Of a stretch of 64,000 bases of DNA, positions 8,674-23,905 are shown one piece after another; the stretch's first letter is position 1; each line of letters starts with the position of its first letter. The notes beneath the pieces were generated by a model. The model worked only from the letters and a program-made list of their open reading frames with translations. It was not told where the DNA came from and did not search any database. Origin of the DNA: Candidatus Binatia bacterium (GTDB lineage: Bacteria > Desulfobacterota > Binatia > UBA1149 > CAITLU01). The DNA lies in assembly GCA_047611725.1 (NCBI GenBank), contig JBLFWR010000001.1, positions 70,125-134,124 of the forward strand. Direction: 5' to 3'. The position numbers and the translations under genes were made by a program.

Positions 8674-10149
8674 TTGAGCCAGCAGGTCATTCTCCGAATT
8701 CTTTCGCGGATGTGCCAGTTTATGGCTGCCGTCCTCTTGGTTCCCGCCGCGATCGGTTTCGCCTATGGCGAAAGTGATGCGCCCGCATACCTGGCAACAG
8801 CCGCTGCTGCCCTCCTAGTCAGCGGCATAGTCTACCTCCCGTCGCGTGGCCATCGCGGTCCGATCGAACGATTCTCTCGCCGAGAAGGCTTCGCGTCGGT
8901 AGTGCTGGCCTGGGCAACCATGATCGCTTTCGGAGCGATCCCATACTGGATCACCGGCTCGATCCCGCACCTAGCTGACTCAATCTTCGAATCCGCGTCC
9001 GGCTTTTCAACCACAGGCGCGACGATTCTTACGGACATCGAGGCGCTCTCCCACGCTCACCTTTTCCATCGAAGTTTGTCTCATTGGGTTGGGGGTATGG
9101 GAATCATCGTCCTCTCGGTAGCAATCCTCCCAGAACTCTCTGTCGGCGGAATGCAACTTTTCTCTGCTGAGGCATCGGGTCTTTCACCCGAAAAACTCGC
9201 GCCCCGAATCGTCTCGACCGCGCGTAAGCTCTGGCAATGCTATGTCGGTATGACCGTCGCACTATTTGCGCTCTTACTGGCTGGCGGCATGGATCTTTTT
9301 GACGCGAGCACACACGCGTTCGGAACAATCGCAACCGGTGGGTTTTCGACCCGCAACGCAAGCATCGCTGCCTTCGACAGCCTATTTATTGAGTCCGTAA
9401 TCACGTTCTTCATGCTGGCGTCGGGCATCAGCTTCGCGCTTACGTACCGACTATTTATTCGACGGGACCCAAGTCCAGTTCTAAAATCGGTGGAAGTCCG
9501 CGTCTATCTCGCAATTTTCCTCACTTTCACCGCAGCGATAACGGCATCTCTCTTCAATTCCGGCGCATACGAATCCGTAGGGGGTGCCCTTCGGGTCGCG
9601 TCGTTCCAAACCGCGTCGATTATCACCACGACCGGCTATGGAACCGCGGACTTCAACGTGTGGCCGGATTTCTGCCGCTACCTGCTTGTCTTGCTTATGT
9701 TTCTCGGTGGGTGCGCAGGGTCGACAGCCGGCGGCGTCAAAGTCGTACGCCTTATCATCGTCGCGAAACACAGTTCGGTGGAACTAAAGAAACTTCTATA
9801 CCCCACCCTAGTTCATCCTGTGACACTTGGGAGGCGTGCCGTTTCCCAAGCCACAATCCAAGGCATCCTTGGATTTTTCTTGCTCTACATCGGCACGACA
9901 GTCGTCGCGACAACTTTGGTTCTTGCGACCGGAGTCGATCTTGTAACCGGCGTCACTGCAGTGATCAGCGCAATGAACTCCATTGGCCCCGGCCTGAACC
10001 TAGTCGGCCCGGCCACGAACTTCGCGCAACTACCCGACTCCAGTAAATTGATTCTATCGATTTGCATGGTTGTTGGGCGTCTCGAAATCTACACGATATT
10101 CGTGCTTTTTACCCAAGCCTTCTGGCGAACCCGACCTGCGGCAAACTAG
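8674..10149 (+). CDS. trkH: Trk potassium uptake membrane subunit
   Basis: FESASGFSTTGA, ATGGFS, TTTGY, GGCAGSTAGGVK, GRLE pore motifs. Confidence 0.95.
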   Translation: MSQQVILRILSRMCQFMAAVLLVPAAIGFAYGESDAPAYLATAAAALLVSGIVYLPSRGHRGPIERFSRREGFASVVLAWATMIAFGAIPYWITGSIPHLADSIFESASGFSTTGATILTDIEALSHAHLFHRSLSHWVGGMGIIVLSVAILPELSVGGMQLFSAEASGLSPEKLAPRIVSTARKLWQCYVGMTVALFALLLAGGMDLFDASTHAFGTIATGGFSTRNASIAAFDSLFIESVITFFMLASGISFALTYRLFIRRDPSPVLKSVEVRVYLAIFLTFTAAITASLFNSGAYESVGGALRVASFQTASIITTTGYGTADFNVWPDFCRYLLVLLMFLGGCAGSTAGGVKVVRLIIVAKHSSVELKKLLYPTLVHPVTLGRRAVSQATIQGILGFFLLYIGTTVVATTLVLATGVDLVTGVTAVISAMNSIGPGLNLVGPATNFAQLPDSSKLILSICMVVGRLEIYTIFVLFTQAFWRTRPAAN

Positions 10150-10288
10150 CCGAGACCGAATCCAAAATGGCAGCGCAGTTTTGTACCTTACTCGAACCGG
10201 CGAAGAGGGCCGACGTAGATCCACCCGAGTAGCCGCGTGGCCGCGCGAGGCGAGCGGCCAGTGATCAACGTCAACTATTCCTGCCGAA

Positions 10289-10780
10289 CGTGTTGCCTCA
10301 CCGAAGAATGTTACTTAGCAGTAGATGTCGCCTTCGCCACGGGTAAACCTCCGGTGCCGGCTCCATGGGCCGGATAGAGGAAAGATATTCCACGGCAACG
10401 CTTGCAGCAACGAGTTCCCTTGCCTTGGCGTGGCGCCACTCTTTCACTCGACGTTGCAGAGTACGTAATATGTTGTGGGGTATTCGTTGGGAATGTTGCA
10501 GTCAGAGGCGTAGGAATAGGTCTTTCGCCGTCGACCCTGGTCCTTCCTCAAGCCATGCGACAATCTGGGGCCACGTACTTTCAAACGGATCTTTTCTCGT
10601 TCTCCACTTTCTCTTCGGCTTCGGATCTCGGCGGTGAATTGGATTCGCTTCACCGTCGCGCCAAAGAACCAAAACGCTTCCGAGAAACTGTTCGAGATTT
10701 TGCGATTGCGGAGTATCAGGTAGCGCTTTTAGCATCGCCTGCGCTTCGCGTATGTTGTGCAGCAGCCTCACTGGGTCGAG
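10289..10780 (-). pseudogene. C-terminal remnant of an integrase-core (ISNCY/IS21-like) transposase with a probable element end
   Basis: WRTRKDPFESTWPQIVAWLEEGPGSTAKDLFLRL*LQHSQRIPHNILRTLQRRVKEWRHAKARELV, with an in-frame TGA at 10502-10504. End-like AGTAACATTCTTCGGTGAGGCAACACG on the minus strand near 10289-10315. Confidence 0.7.
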
Positions 10781-10832
10781 TTGCTTGCGATAATCACGCA
10801 GGCGTTGTTTGGCGTGTTCTTCGACGCGGTCA

Positions 10833-10885
10833 TGTCATTGCAAAGTAGAAATATCAGGTTTTCTCCAAAGTAGAGATGTCAGGTT
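10833..10885 (+). mobile_element. orphan IS end (TGT terminus plus two subterminal repeats; IS1202/ISNCY-like)
   Basis: TGTCATTG followed by CAAAGTAGAAATATCAGGTT (10841-10860) and CAAAGTAGAGATGTCAGGTT (10866-10885). Confidence 0.6.
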
Positions 10886-10912
10886 CGGTCTCGTGGGCTA
10901 GGCCGTCAGGCC

Positions 10913-11971
10913 GGGCCTGTCTGAAATTCTGTGTAAGCGCTGCTCAACTGCAGCCGGGACTAGCCTCTATGATAGGAGGAAATCCCCATGGCGATACGCA
11001 AAGAACTGATCGAAAAACTATTTAGGGAGTGCGACTCTCCTGGCGACCTGCTAGGGCCGGATGGGCTGATCAAGCAGCTCAAGGCGGCGTTGGTCGAGCG
11101 AGCCTTGGAGGCCGAGATGTCTTACCATCTCGGCTACGAACGTGACGATCCGGCCGGCCAAGGCTCAGGAAACTCTCGCAACGGCTGTTCGTCGAAAACG
11201 CTGCGTAGTGACGACGGGCCACTTCCAGTCAAGAACCCCCGCGACCGCGAGGGGACCTTCGAACCGAAGATCGTTAAAAAACACCAGCGTCACTTCGACG
11301 GCGTCGACGACAAGATTCTTTCGACGTACGCGCCCGGCATGTCGGTGCGCGAGATCCAGGGACATCTGCAGGAAACCTACGGAACCGAAGTTTCGCCCGA
11401 TCTGATTTCGCGCGTGACCGGCGCCGTTCTCGACGAGGTCAAGCAGTGGCAGGTACGGCCATTGGACGCGGTATACCCGATCATTTATCTGGACGCGCTG
11501 GTCATCAAAGTTCGCGACCAGGGCGTGGTTCAAAACAAGTCAGTCTATCTGGCAATCGGCGTAACGCTCGAAGGAATCAAGGAAGTTCTCGGCATTTGGA
11601 TCGAGACGACCGAAGGCGCGAAGTTTTGGTTGAAGGTGATCACGGAGCTCAAGAACCGCGGCCTTCAAGACATGTTGATTGTGTGTTGCGACGGCCTGAA
11701 AGGCTTCCCTGATGCGAGTGAGGCCGTGTTCCCAAAAGCGGTTGGCACAGAGGGGTTGTGCATCGTGCACATGATCCGCAACTCGCTGCGTTTCGTAGGA
11801 CGGAAAGATCGCAAGAAGGTGGCCGCTGATCTCAAGCCTGTCTACCGAGCCGAGACGGCCGAGGCCGCAACCCACGCCCTGGATGAGTTCGAAGAGAAAT
11901 ATGGCGCACGTTACCCGATGATCGTGACATCGTGGCGTTCGCCGACGTGGCGGGGAACCGATTACGTGTGA
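10913..11971 (+). mobile_element. IS256 family element, 3'-truncated (transposase ORF 10988-11971)
   Basis: Left IR-like GGGCCTGTCTGAAATTCTGTGTAA; [40 protein letters not shown] motifs; ends at 327 aa before the catalytic Glu segment; no right IR seen. Confidence 0.9.
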
Positions 11972-11984
11972 AGCACGTCACAAA

Positions 11985-12020
11985 TAGAAAAAGGCCCGGA
12001 TCCTAAGATCCGGGCCTTCT
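11985..12020 (-). terminator. rrn operon intrinsic terminator
   Basis: AAGGCCCGGATC-loop-GATCCGGGCCTT followed by a T-run on the minus strand, just after 5S. Confidence 0.85.
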
Positions 12021-12029
12021 ACTAATAAT

Positions 12030-12144
<115 letters not shown>

Positions 12145-12234
12145 ACTGTGGTCGGGTTATAGCCCAACCAATGTTTTGACAACTGTTAGAGGATCGCGAA
12201 GATTTGCGCGCTTATGATGAACACCAATGAAGAA

Positions 12235-15236
<3,002 letters not shown>

Positions 15237-15423
15237 TTCTCCATTGGTGAGCATCACAAAGCGCGCTATGTAAATTAATTACACTCTCCGCGCATCCTCT
15301 ATACAGTTGTCAAAGATCTAAGCAGTCGATTTACGACTGCTAATCGCCTATGCGATCTTCACGATACGTCAGCAAACACTAGCGTATCGTGAGCATCCCA
15401 CAGAACCCGAAGCCTTTGGAATT

Positions 15424-15499
15424 TGGTGGAGCTGGTCGGGCTCGAACCGACGACCTCAGGCTTGCAAAGCCCGCGCTCTCCCAGCTGAGCTACAGCCCC
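15424..15499 (-). tRNA. tRNA-Ala(TGC)
   Basis: GGGGCTGTAGCTCAGCTGGGAGAGC...TTTGCAA...TTCGAG...CCACCA, 76 nt, in the ITS. Confidence 0.96.
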
Positions 15500-15506
15500 C
15501 AAAAGT

Positions 15507-15583
<77 letters not shown>

Positions 15584-15754
15584 TTCTCGGCCAAAGGCTG
15601 AAATTCAAAGATCCGGCACCGATAGCCCGGTCCTTCAAAACTGAATAGTGGCGACACAAAACGTCCTAGAAAAAAAAACAGACCCCCTCTCGCCTACCGT
15701 GGCGAGAGTTTGACCTAGTGTCTTCCTCGAGCATCAGCTCTTGGAAAGACTCCT

Positions 15755-17318
<1,564 letters not shown>

Positions 17319-17429
17319 TGCGAGAGTTACCCGAAGGCAACCCTCACTACTTACATAATTGACAGAGTCCGTCTTAATTCTAATTTGGACGTTCTGCGTC
17401 TCTGGCGCCCATAAGGCTCCAAAGATTCA

Positions 17430-17450
17430 CCACTATTCAGTTTTCAAAGA
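17430..17450 (-). promoter_or_regulatory. rrn leader boxA-like / RNase III processing stem arm
   Basis: TCTTTGAAAACTGAATAGTG, complementary to the arm near 15633-15651. An analogous pair at about 15303 and 12176 flanks the 23S. Confidence 0.7.
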
Positions 17451-17480
17451 CCCGGCTGCCGGCGAACCGTCAGCCCGTGT

Positions 17481-17509
17481 TAAGTACGGATAACGGTTAT
17501 ACGTGTCAA
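17481..17509 (-). promoter_or_regulatory. rrn promoter
   Basis: TTGACA-N17-TACTTA upstream of the leader. Confidence 0.65.
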
Positions 17510-17580
17510 GTGACGCGCTGCCCCGTCGGCCGTGCTGTGCGAAAAAAATCGGGGACTACAAAGCGCCCCAACTTCCCTCC

Positions 17581-18786
17581 TCAGTCGGCGAAAACTACCC
17601 TAACTAGTCTGCGTTTGCCAACCCTCAGAACCGCGACTCCCACCGCGGCGATTTTAGCGGCGGCATCAGAGACCCGCGCTTCATCCAGCCGAACGGCCCC
17701 TTGGGCAACCATTCGGCGAGCCTCCCCATTGGACTTGACCAGACCCGTCGTGGTCAAAAGTTGGCAAATCGAGACTGAGCCGTCCTCAGCCTCGCCCCAT
17801 GCGAACTCCGGAATATCTTCAGGGACCAACCGTTTCTGGAACTGCCGCTCGAAATCGCCGCCGGCGCGCTCGGCCTCCGCGGACCCGTGAAAACGGGCCA
17901 CCAATTCAGCTGCCAGTGTCTTTTTGGCCGTCATTGGGTGGATCTCGCCCCCGCGAATCGAATCGACCGTTGCCGAATCCACGTCGCTGAGCAGCTCGAA
18001 GTAACGCAGCATTAGGTCGTCCGAAATGGACATGACAGCGCCATACATTTGCGACGGGCCATCCGCTATCCCGATCGCGTTGCCAAGCGACTTGCTCATT
18101 TTCTGCACCCCGTCGGTGCCCTCGAGCAAGGGCATTGTGATTACGATTTGAGGTTGGGCAGCACGATTCCGCTGTAGATCGCGCCCAACCAGAAGGTTGA
18201 ACTTCTGATCAGTTCCTCCCATTTCAATATCAGCGTCGAGGGCGGCCGAGTCGTACCCCTGGATCAGTGGGTACAGAAACTCGTGAAGCCCTATCGGTTT
18301 CTGTGAGCGATACCGCTTCTGAAAGTCATCACGCTCGAGCATTCGTGCTACCGTCATTTCGCCAGCAAGCCGGACAATGTCGACTGCGCTCAACTTGTCC
18401 ATCCACTCGCTGTTTCGACGAACTTCGGTTCGCGAACGATCTAGTATCTTGAATACCTGCTCTTCATAGGTGCTGGCGTTTCGTTCGATTTCACCATCAG
18501 AGAGAACGGGTCGCGTTTCCGATCGCCCAGTTGGATCGCCAACCCGCGCGGTGAAATCGCCGATCAAAAAAATGACCGTATGGCCGAGCTTCTGAAAATG
18601 CCGGAGCTTCTGGATAAGCACCGTGTGCCCCAGGTGAAGATCGGCGGCTGTTGGGTCGAATCCCGCCTTAACACGAAGGGGCCGGCCCAGAGCCAGGCGG
18701 GCTCGCAGCTCCGCCTCGTTAATAATCTCGGAGGTGCCCCGGCGAATCAGCGCCAGCTGCTCATCGATATCTAAGGTCGTTGTCAC
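17581..18786 (-). CDS. tyrS: tyrosine--tRNA ligase
   Basis: [35 protein letters not shown]-terminal S4-like domain. Confidence 0.97.
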   Translation of the reverse strand: MTTTLDIDEQLALIRRGTSEIINEAELRARLALGRPLRVKAGFDPTAADLHLGHTVLIQKLRHFQKLGHTVIFLIGDFTARVGDPTGRSETRPVLSDGEIERNASTYEEQVFKILDRSRTEVRRNSEWMDKLSAVDIVRLAGEMTVARMLERDDFQKRYRSQKPIGLHEFLYPLIQGYDSAALDADIEMGGTDQKFNLLVGRDLQRNRAAQPQIVITMPLLEGTDGVQKMSKSLGNAIGIADGPSQMYGAVMSISDDLMLRYFELLSDVDSATVDSIRGGEIHPMTAKKTLAAELVARFHGSAEAERAGGDFERQFQKRLVPEDIPEFAWGEAEDGSVSICQLLTTTGLVKSNGEARRMVAQGAVRLDEARVSDAAAKIAAVGVAVLRVGKRRLVRVVFAD

Positions 18787-19439
18787 AACTCATCCTTTGT
18801 TTTGGCAAATCCCGCCGCAATTCGATCAGTCAATCGCCAAGCATCGCCAACATAGATGGTCCGCTCTGTAACTACGGCATCTAATAAACGATCGTGTGGC
18901 TCCACTGGCACTGATTCAACAAGCTGCGCCTCGTAAGCGACACCGACTACAGCACCAAGTAGAGAGAGGTTATCGAGGCAACGGTCATAGAACCCGCCGC
19001 CACGGCCCAAGCGGTTCCCCCGCGCATCGAAAGCGCGCCCCGGCACAAGCGTCAGGCTAGGTTCGGCGGATAGCGAGGCCACGGGTTCACGAGGCTGCCG
19101 CAAAGCATGAGGGCCCAACTCCAGGGAACCTCCTGGTTGCCAGAGTCCGAACTTCAACTCGCTCCCCTCCGTTACAATCGGAAGCAAAACTGACTTCCCT
19201 TCCTCGAAACCCGCACGCAACAAACCAAAAACCGGGACCTCATCGGCCAAGGCCCAGTACCCGATAAGCTGCCTCGCAGCCTGGAAAGCCGGCGTCCGTC
19301 GCACACAGGCTTCGATTTCGTTGTCGAAATCGGCACGCGCCGAAGGTGCAATCCCACGAATAGCAGTACAGGCAGATCGTCGCAGACGTTTCTTCGCAGC
19401 GACAACGTCGTGCATGGTCGATTCAGGATTCTCAATCAC
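18783..19439 (-). CDS. ygfA: 5-formyltetrahydrofolate cyclo-ligase
   Basis: [22 protein letters not shown]; EPHD; follows 6S RNA. Confidence 0.93.
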   Translation of the reverse strand: MIENPESTMHDVVAAKKRLRRSACTAIRGIAPSARADFDNEIEACVRRTPAFQAARQLIGYWALADEVPVFGLLRAGFEEGKSVLLPIVTEGSELKFGLWQPGGSLELGPHALRQPREPVASLSAEPSLTLVPGRAFDARGNRLGRGGGFYDRCLDNLSLLGAVVGVAYEAQLVESVPVEPHDRLLDAVVTERTIYVGDAWRLTDRIAAGFAKTKDEL

Positions 19440-19461
19440 GGAAGGGTATTAAGGAAGAAGC

Positions 19462-19652
19462 CAGGGCGCCCCCACCTGTGCCGTGTGGGGACTTCACTCG
19501 AACCTGGTGAACCAGGGGGGTGCCAGGTGTTCGGGCACTTCAAGACCGAGCAGCTTTCGCTAACCCGGCGGCGCCCGAAGATCGGCTCCCGTTTCGTGTG
19601 AAAGTTGGTTTGAGTGTACGTGCCCAAGCACGAACACCGCAGGGACACCCTG
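19462..19652 (-). ncRNA. ssrS: 6S RNA
   Basis: About 190 nt between zapA and ygfA; complementary ends CAGGGTGTCCCTGCGGTGTTCGTG ... CACGGCACAGGTGGGGGCGCCCTG; canonical synteny. Confidence 0.85.
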
Positions 19653-19685
19653 AGACCGCGGCAAACACCGAGGCCTTGCCCTTCT

Positions 19686-19964
19686 CTATTCGGACGGCTC
19701 CAACGCCGCCTCTACCTTGGTTGCCAACATGGCGAGAGCACCATCAATGCCGTCACCGACTGTGGCGATCTTGTGATATTCGTCGGCGATTCGGAGCGCC
19801 GTCAATAGAGCCACGTTTAGCGACGTCATCCCACGCGCTCCGTGCCCCATCTCGCGCATCCGCTCGTCCACGAACGTAGCGAGCTCTCGCATATACGACT
19901 CGTCTTCGTCGGTACGGATTTTAAGGCGCTGCCCAGCGATCTCAATTTCAATGTCACGCTTCAC
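19686..19964 (-). CDS. zapA: cell division protein ZapA
   Basis: IEIAGQRLKI...LATFVDERM...ALLTALRIADEY. Confidence 0.9.
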   Translation of the reverse strand: MKRDIEIEIAGQRLKIRTDEDESYMRELATFVDERMREMGHGARGMTSLNVALLTALRIADEYHKIATVGDGIDGALAMLATKVEAALEPSE

Positions 19965-20215
19965 GATTCGTCCTGCGCGCCGACGGACCGCTCCGGCGCA
20001 AGCCCGTCGAACTTTTTAATGACCGCGTCCAGCCTTTTTCGGGCCTCGGTACGCTCAAGCTTGAACCGATGGTTCTCAGCTTTAAGCTTCTCCAGCTCTT
20101 GCCTGCTTTTGGCCAGCGCTGCGGACAACTGTTCGGAACGCTCGCGAGCGCGTACGCGCTCGTCAACGAGCCGATGAACGCCTTCTTCGAGTCTCTGTAA
20201 AGCCTTAGATTCCAT
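19961..20215 (-). CDS. zapB: ZapB-like coiled-coil protein
   Basis: 84-aa heptad coiled coil overlapping the zapA start. Confidence 0.7.
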   Translation of the reverse strand: MESKALQRLEEGVHRLVDERVRARERSEQLSAALAKSRQELEKLKAENHRFKLERTEARKRLDAVIKKFDGLAPERSVGAQDES

Positions 20216-20253
20216 ACACTTAGACCGAACTCCTAGGATAAACCTTGGAGTCG

Positions 20254-20283
20254 AGTTTAGGATTGATGCGTCAACGGTGTCAA
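20254..20283 (-). promoter_or_regulatory. putative sigma70 promoter for zapB-zapA
   Basis: TTGACA-N18-TAAACT. Confidence 0.5.
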
Positions 20284-20302
20284 ACGGCGAGAGCTTTTCA
20301 AA

Positions 20303-23300
20303 CTACGCTTTCGCATGCCCACTGGCAGCATCCAGATCCACAGAGACGATTTTGGTCACACCAGGCTCGGGCATCGTTACACCGTAAAGCCGACGCGCCG
20401 CCTCCATCGTGCGTTTATTGTGCGTGATGAGTAAGAACTGCGAGCGGGTAGCCATCTCGCTGACGATCGACGTAAAACGGCCGATGTTGGCCTCGTCAAG
20501 TGGCGCGTCAACTTCGTCGAGAACACAGAAAGGGCTCGGCTTGTGTAGAAACAGAGAGAAAATCAGGCTGATCGCTGTCAGCGCTTTCTCGCCGCCGGAC
20601 AGCAAGTTCAAATTCCCCGCTCTCTTCCCCGGCGGCTGTACGTGGATTTCGACACCGGTTTCGAGCAAGTCGTGCTCGTTGGTGAGCGTCAAGCTTGCCT
20701 TTCCACCTTGGAAAAGCTTCGGAAACACTTCTCGGAATACGCGATCGACGTCGTCAAACGTCTCTTTAAAACGCTGCTTCGAAAGCTTGTTCAGGCGACC
20801 AATGGTGCCGCGCAAATCTTCGATAGATCTTTCAAGATCGGTACGCTGCCCGACGAGCTCAGAAAGGCGCGCCTCGATTTCTTCGAGCTCAATGACTGCG
20901 CCCAAGTTCACGGCACCAAGCCGCCGCAAGCCAGCTCTGATCGTCGCGAGATCGCTCACTGCTTCCTTAGCACTCCACCCCTCAGGCGGTGGCGCTGTCT
21001 CCAGCAAACCTTCAGGCGCTAGGTCCAGACGTTCCAATACCCCTTCAAGCAATGCACTGCGCTTGAGCACAAATTCCTGCAGCTGCACTTCTAACTTTCC
21101 CGCCGCTCCTCGCAATTCCTCAACCCGACCAACGAACTCATCACGTTGCCGATCGGCTAGTTCGACAGCCTCCCGGGCCAAACGCTCCGCTTCCTCTGCA
21201 CCGGAAAGTAATGTTTGGAGGCGCTCAAACTCGGTGTCTAGACCGGAGCGATCGAGCTCCGGTGATTGTAAACGGTCATTGCATCGCTGAATTTCCGCTT
21301 CCGAACGTCCAAGTCGATCCAGCGCAGCCTCTCGACGCGCTGCAATCTCAGCCACAGAGTTGTCGAGCGTGCGCAGCTGAATTTCTAGCGCCTCGCCCTT
21401 TTGGCGAAGCTCGGCTTCGGAAACTCGGGTCTGTTGTGCGAGTTCGCGCAACTCGCCTCGAGCCGACTCCAGTCGTGCCTCCTCGCGCTCCAGTGAAACC
21501 CGCTTCCGTTCCAACTCGGCTAGGCCAGCCTCGCACTGTGCGATACTGGCTCCGAGTGCGGCCAGTCGCTCTTGCGCCGAGCTAACCGCTGCTGCAACGT
21601 CTTCGACTTCTCGCAACACGCTTTCGCCGCGTTCCTGTGTCCGTACGAGATTCTGCCGGCGAAGCTCCAGATCGCCCTGCGCAGACACGCGCTCCACCGT
21701 GAGTTCGTGTAGCCGCGCGTCCAAACTCGCCAAATCAGAACCAGCGACTTCGGCCACCGCCGTAACCTGCGCGAGGCTTTCTCGCGCTTCACTGTAGCGG
21801 CCGGAAGCGTGGCCCAAGGCATCGGATAGTTGCCGCATCTCCGCTTTGCGCTCAAGAATACCAGCATCGATCGGACGACCGCTCCCGCCCGTAACAACAC
21901 CACTGGCATCGATGACTTCGCCACTGCGCGTGACGTACGTGGTGTGATAACCATTCGCGAGCCACTGGCCCTGCGCTTGTTCCAAATCGTCTGCGACAAC
22001 GATGCCATCCAGTAGCGGCGCAACAACAGCCTCATACCCGTCGGAGACCCGAAGGTGTTCGGACAAACGCGAGAACCCCGGAGGCACAGGCCCCGCTTCC
22101 GCGCCGGAGCGAGGCTGCAAAGGAATAAAGCTGGCACGTCCAGCACCGGTTTCCCGAAGATAGAACGCACCTTCCACACCAGCTTGCGCGTTTGGAACGA
22201 CAACGTACTGGAGCCGATCGTCGAGTGCGGCGGCAACCGCTTGCTCGTAGCCGTCCTCGATCTCGATGACATCCGCGACCACGGCTTTAGCGCCAGTGCG
22301 CTCACGGCCACCGTTGCTCATAAACGAGCGTACACCGTCACCGTAACCCGCGAATGCTTCGTGAAGTTCGCCGAGCGATTCATGGCGTGAGCGCAGGGCA
22401 GCGCTCTCATCTCTTGCGGTCTCCGCATCACGCTCAGCGTTCCGTTGTTGCTCTAACACCGTTTCGAGCTCGCGAGCAGCAGAGCTTTTGCCGCCCTGGG
22501 TCGCGTTTAATTCGGTCAAAACGTGGTCGAGCCGACCTTGGCAATCCGTAACATCCTGAACAAGTCGGTGCGCAACCGTATCGAGCGAGCCACGCTCTTC
22601 CTGCAAGCGGGCCAGTCGCTCTTCGTCGGCTCGAAGGCGACTCTCGACTGCTGCCCGCTCATTGCGCAGGTCAGCACGCGCCCCGAGCGCGTCAACGATT
22701 TCGGTTTTGACCTTTTGAAAGCGACCCGACCACGCCATCGCTTGGTCTTCGTGCCCCTTCAAGTTCGCTTCTACTTCTGTCAGTTTGACACGAAGTTGCG
22801 CGAGTTCGGTTCCGCAACCATCGGACTGACCGACAAGCGCTGATCGCTCTTCTGTCAACGACTCAAAACGTCCGTCCATCAAAGCAGTTTCGTCACGCGA
22901 TTCCGTGACGCTAGCCCCTAACTCACTAACGCGACCTTCGAGATACTCGTGCTCGCGGCGCGTGGCATCGATCTTCGAACGCACATCGAACAATGCGTTG
23001 CGCGCCGCGGCCGCTTCAGTTTCTGCACTGCGGGCGCCCGCGCGCTCTCTATCACGCAACGCTGCTGCTTGGTTAACGGCAAGCCCCAAAGCTTGCGCTC
23101 GACCACGCGTACGAGCGAATCCTGTGCTGACGCGGCGAAGATCTTCATCTAGACGACGCAAGCGTTCAGAAGAAAGATATCGATCAAGCTCCGTCTCACG
23201 GCCCTTGAGTTCATTGAAACGAATCGCGCCTTGAGCTTGGCGCCGCAGGGAAGCTGATTGACGCTCTAACTCTCGAATCACGTCTCCAACACGCAAAAGA

Positions 23301-23905
23301 TTGTCGCGAGTGCGTTCAATTTTTCGTTCGGCTGCAATCTTACGACTGCGGTATAGAGTTGTCCCTGCGGCCTCTTCGATGAAGACCCGAAGCTCTTCGG
23401 GCTTAGCCGCGACAATCTGACCGACCCGGCCTTGTTCGATGATCGAATAGGCTTTGGTACCAACTCCGGTTCCGAGAAAGAGTTCGGTGATATCGCGAAG
23501 TCGGCATGCCTTGCCGTTAATCAGATACTGAGACTCGCCAGACCGAAATAAGCGGCGCGTGACCGACAATTCGGGTGCACCCCGAAGAGCGCGGACCAGC
23601 TCTGAAGATTCTTCAGCCTCGTCGGCGTCCGGTTCGGGAGCGTCCTCGTTATCTAGGGTAATCGTTACTTCGCATGCTCCCAACGGTGCGTAACGTTGGT
23701 TGCCCGCGAAGATGACGTCTTCCATGGACTGGCCGCGCAAATGCTTGGCACTCTGCTCACCAAGAACCCAACGCAGTGCGTCAATGATGTTGGATTTACC
23801 ACATCCGTTGGGACCGACGATGCCGGTGATCCCCTCGGTAAACTCCAAGACCGTCCGTTCCATGGACGACTTGAAACCAATCAGTTCGAGTCGCTTGATC
23901 CTCAA
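20303..23905 (-). CDS. smc: chromosome segregation protein SMC
   Basis: GPNGCGKSN, hinge (GRASFIPL...GVVTGG), LSGGE, LDEVDAPLD; 1200 aa. Confidence 0.97.
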   Translation of the reverse strand: MRIKRLELIGFKSSMERTVLEFTEGITGIVGPNGCGKSNIIDALRWVLGEQSAKHLRGQSMEDVIFAGNQRYAPLGACEVTITLDNEDAPEPDADEAEESSELVRALRGAPELSVTRRLFRSGESQYLINGKACRLRDITELFLGTGVGTKAYSIIEQGRVGQIVAAKPEELRVFIEEAAGTTLYRSRKIAAERKIERTRDNLLRVGDVIRELERQSASLRRQAQGAIRFNELKGRETELDRYLSSERLRRLDEDLRRVSTGFARTRGRAQALGLAVNQAAALRDRERAGARSAETEAAAARNALFDVRSKIDATRREHEYLEGRVSELGASVTESRDETALMDGRFESLTEERSALVGQSDGCGTELAQLRVKLTEVEANLKGHEDQAMAWSGRFQKVKTEIVDALGARADLRNERAAVESRLRADEERLARLQEERGSLDTVAHRLVQDVTDCQGRLDHVLTELNATQGGKSSAARELETVLEQQRNAERDAETARDESAALRSRHESLGELHEAFAGYGDGVRSFMSNGGRERTGAKAVVADVIEIEDGYEQAVAAALDDRLQYVVVPNAQAGVEGAFYLRETGAGRASFIPLQPRSGAEAGPVPPGFSRLSEHLRVSDGYEAVVAPLLDGIVVADDLEQAQGQWLANGYHTTYVTRSGEVIDASGVVTGGSGRPIDAGILERKAEMRQLSDALGHASGRYSEARESLAQVTAVAEVAGSDLASLDARLHELTVERVSAQGDLELRRQNLVRTQERGESVLREVEDVAAAVSSAQERLAALGASIAQCEAGLAELERKRVSLEREEARLESARGELRELAQQTRVSEAELRQKGEALEIQLRTLDNSVAEIAARREAALDRLGRSEAEIQRCNDRLQSPELDRSGLDTEFERLQTLLSGAEEAERLAREAVELADRQRDEFVGRVEELRGAAGKLEVQLQEFVLKRSALLEGVLERLDLAPEGLLETAPPPEGWSAKEAVSDLATIRAGLRRLGAVNLGAVIELEEIEARLSELVGQRTDLERSIEDLRGTIGRLNKLSKQRFKETFDDVDRVFREVFPKLFQGGKASLTLTNEHDLLETGVEIHVQPPGKRAGNLNLLSGGEKALTAISLIFSLFLHKPSPFCVLDEVDAPLDEANIGRFTSIVSEMATRSQFLLITHNKRTMEAARRLYGVTMPEPGVTKIVSVDLDAASGHAKA

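Noticed and set aside
10502-10504. In-frame TGA as selenocysteine or recoding
   Set aside because: It lies in a truncated transposase remnant; a nonsense mutation is the simpler explanation.
20409-23880. Long antisense and alternate-frame ORFs within smc (similar ones in leuS, murJ and the cytochromes)
   Set aside because: Expected in GC-rich coding DNA; no motifs.
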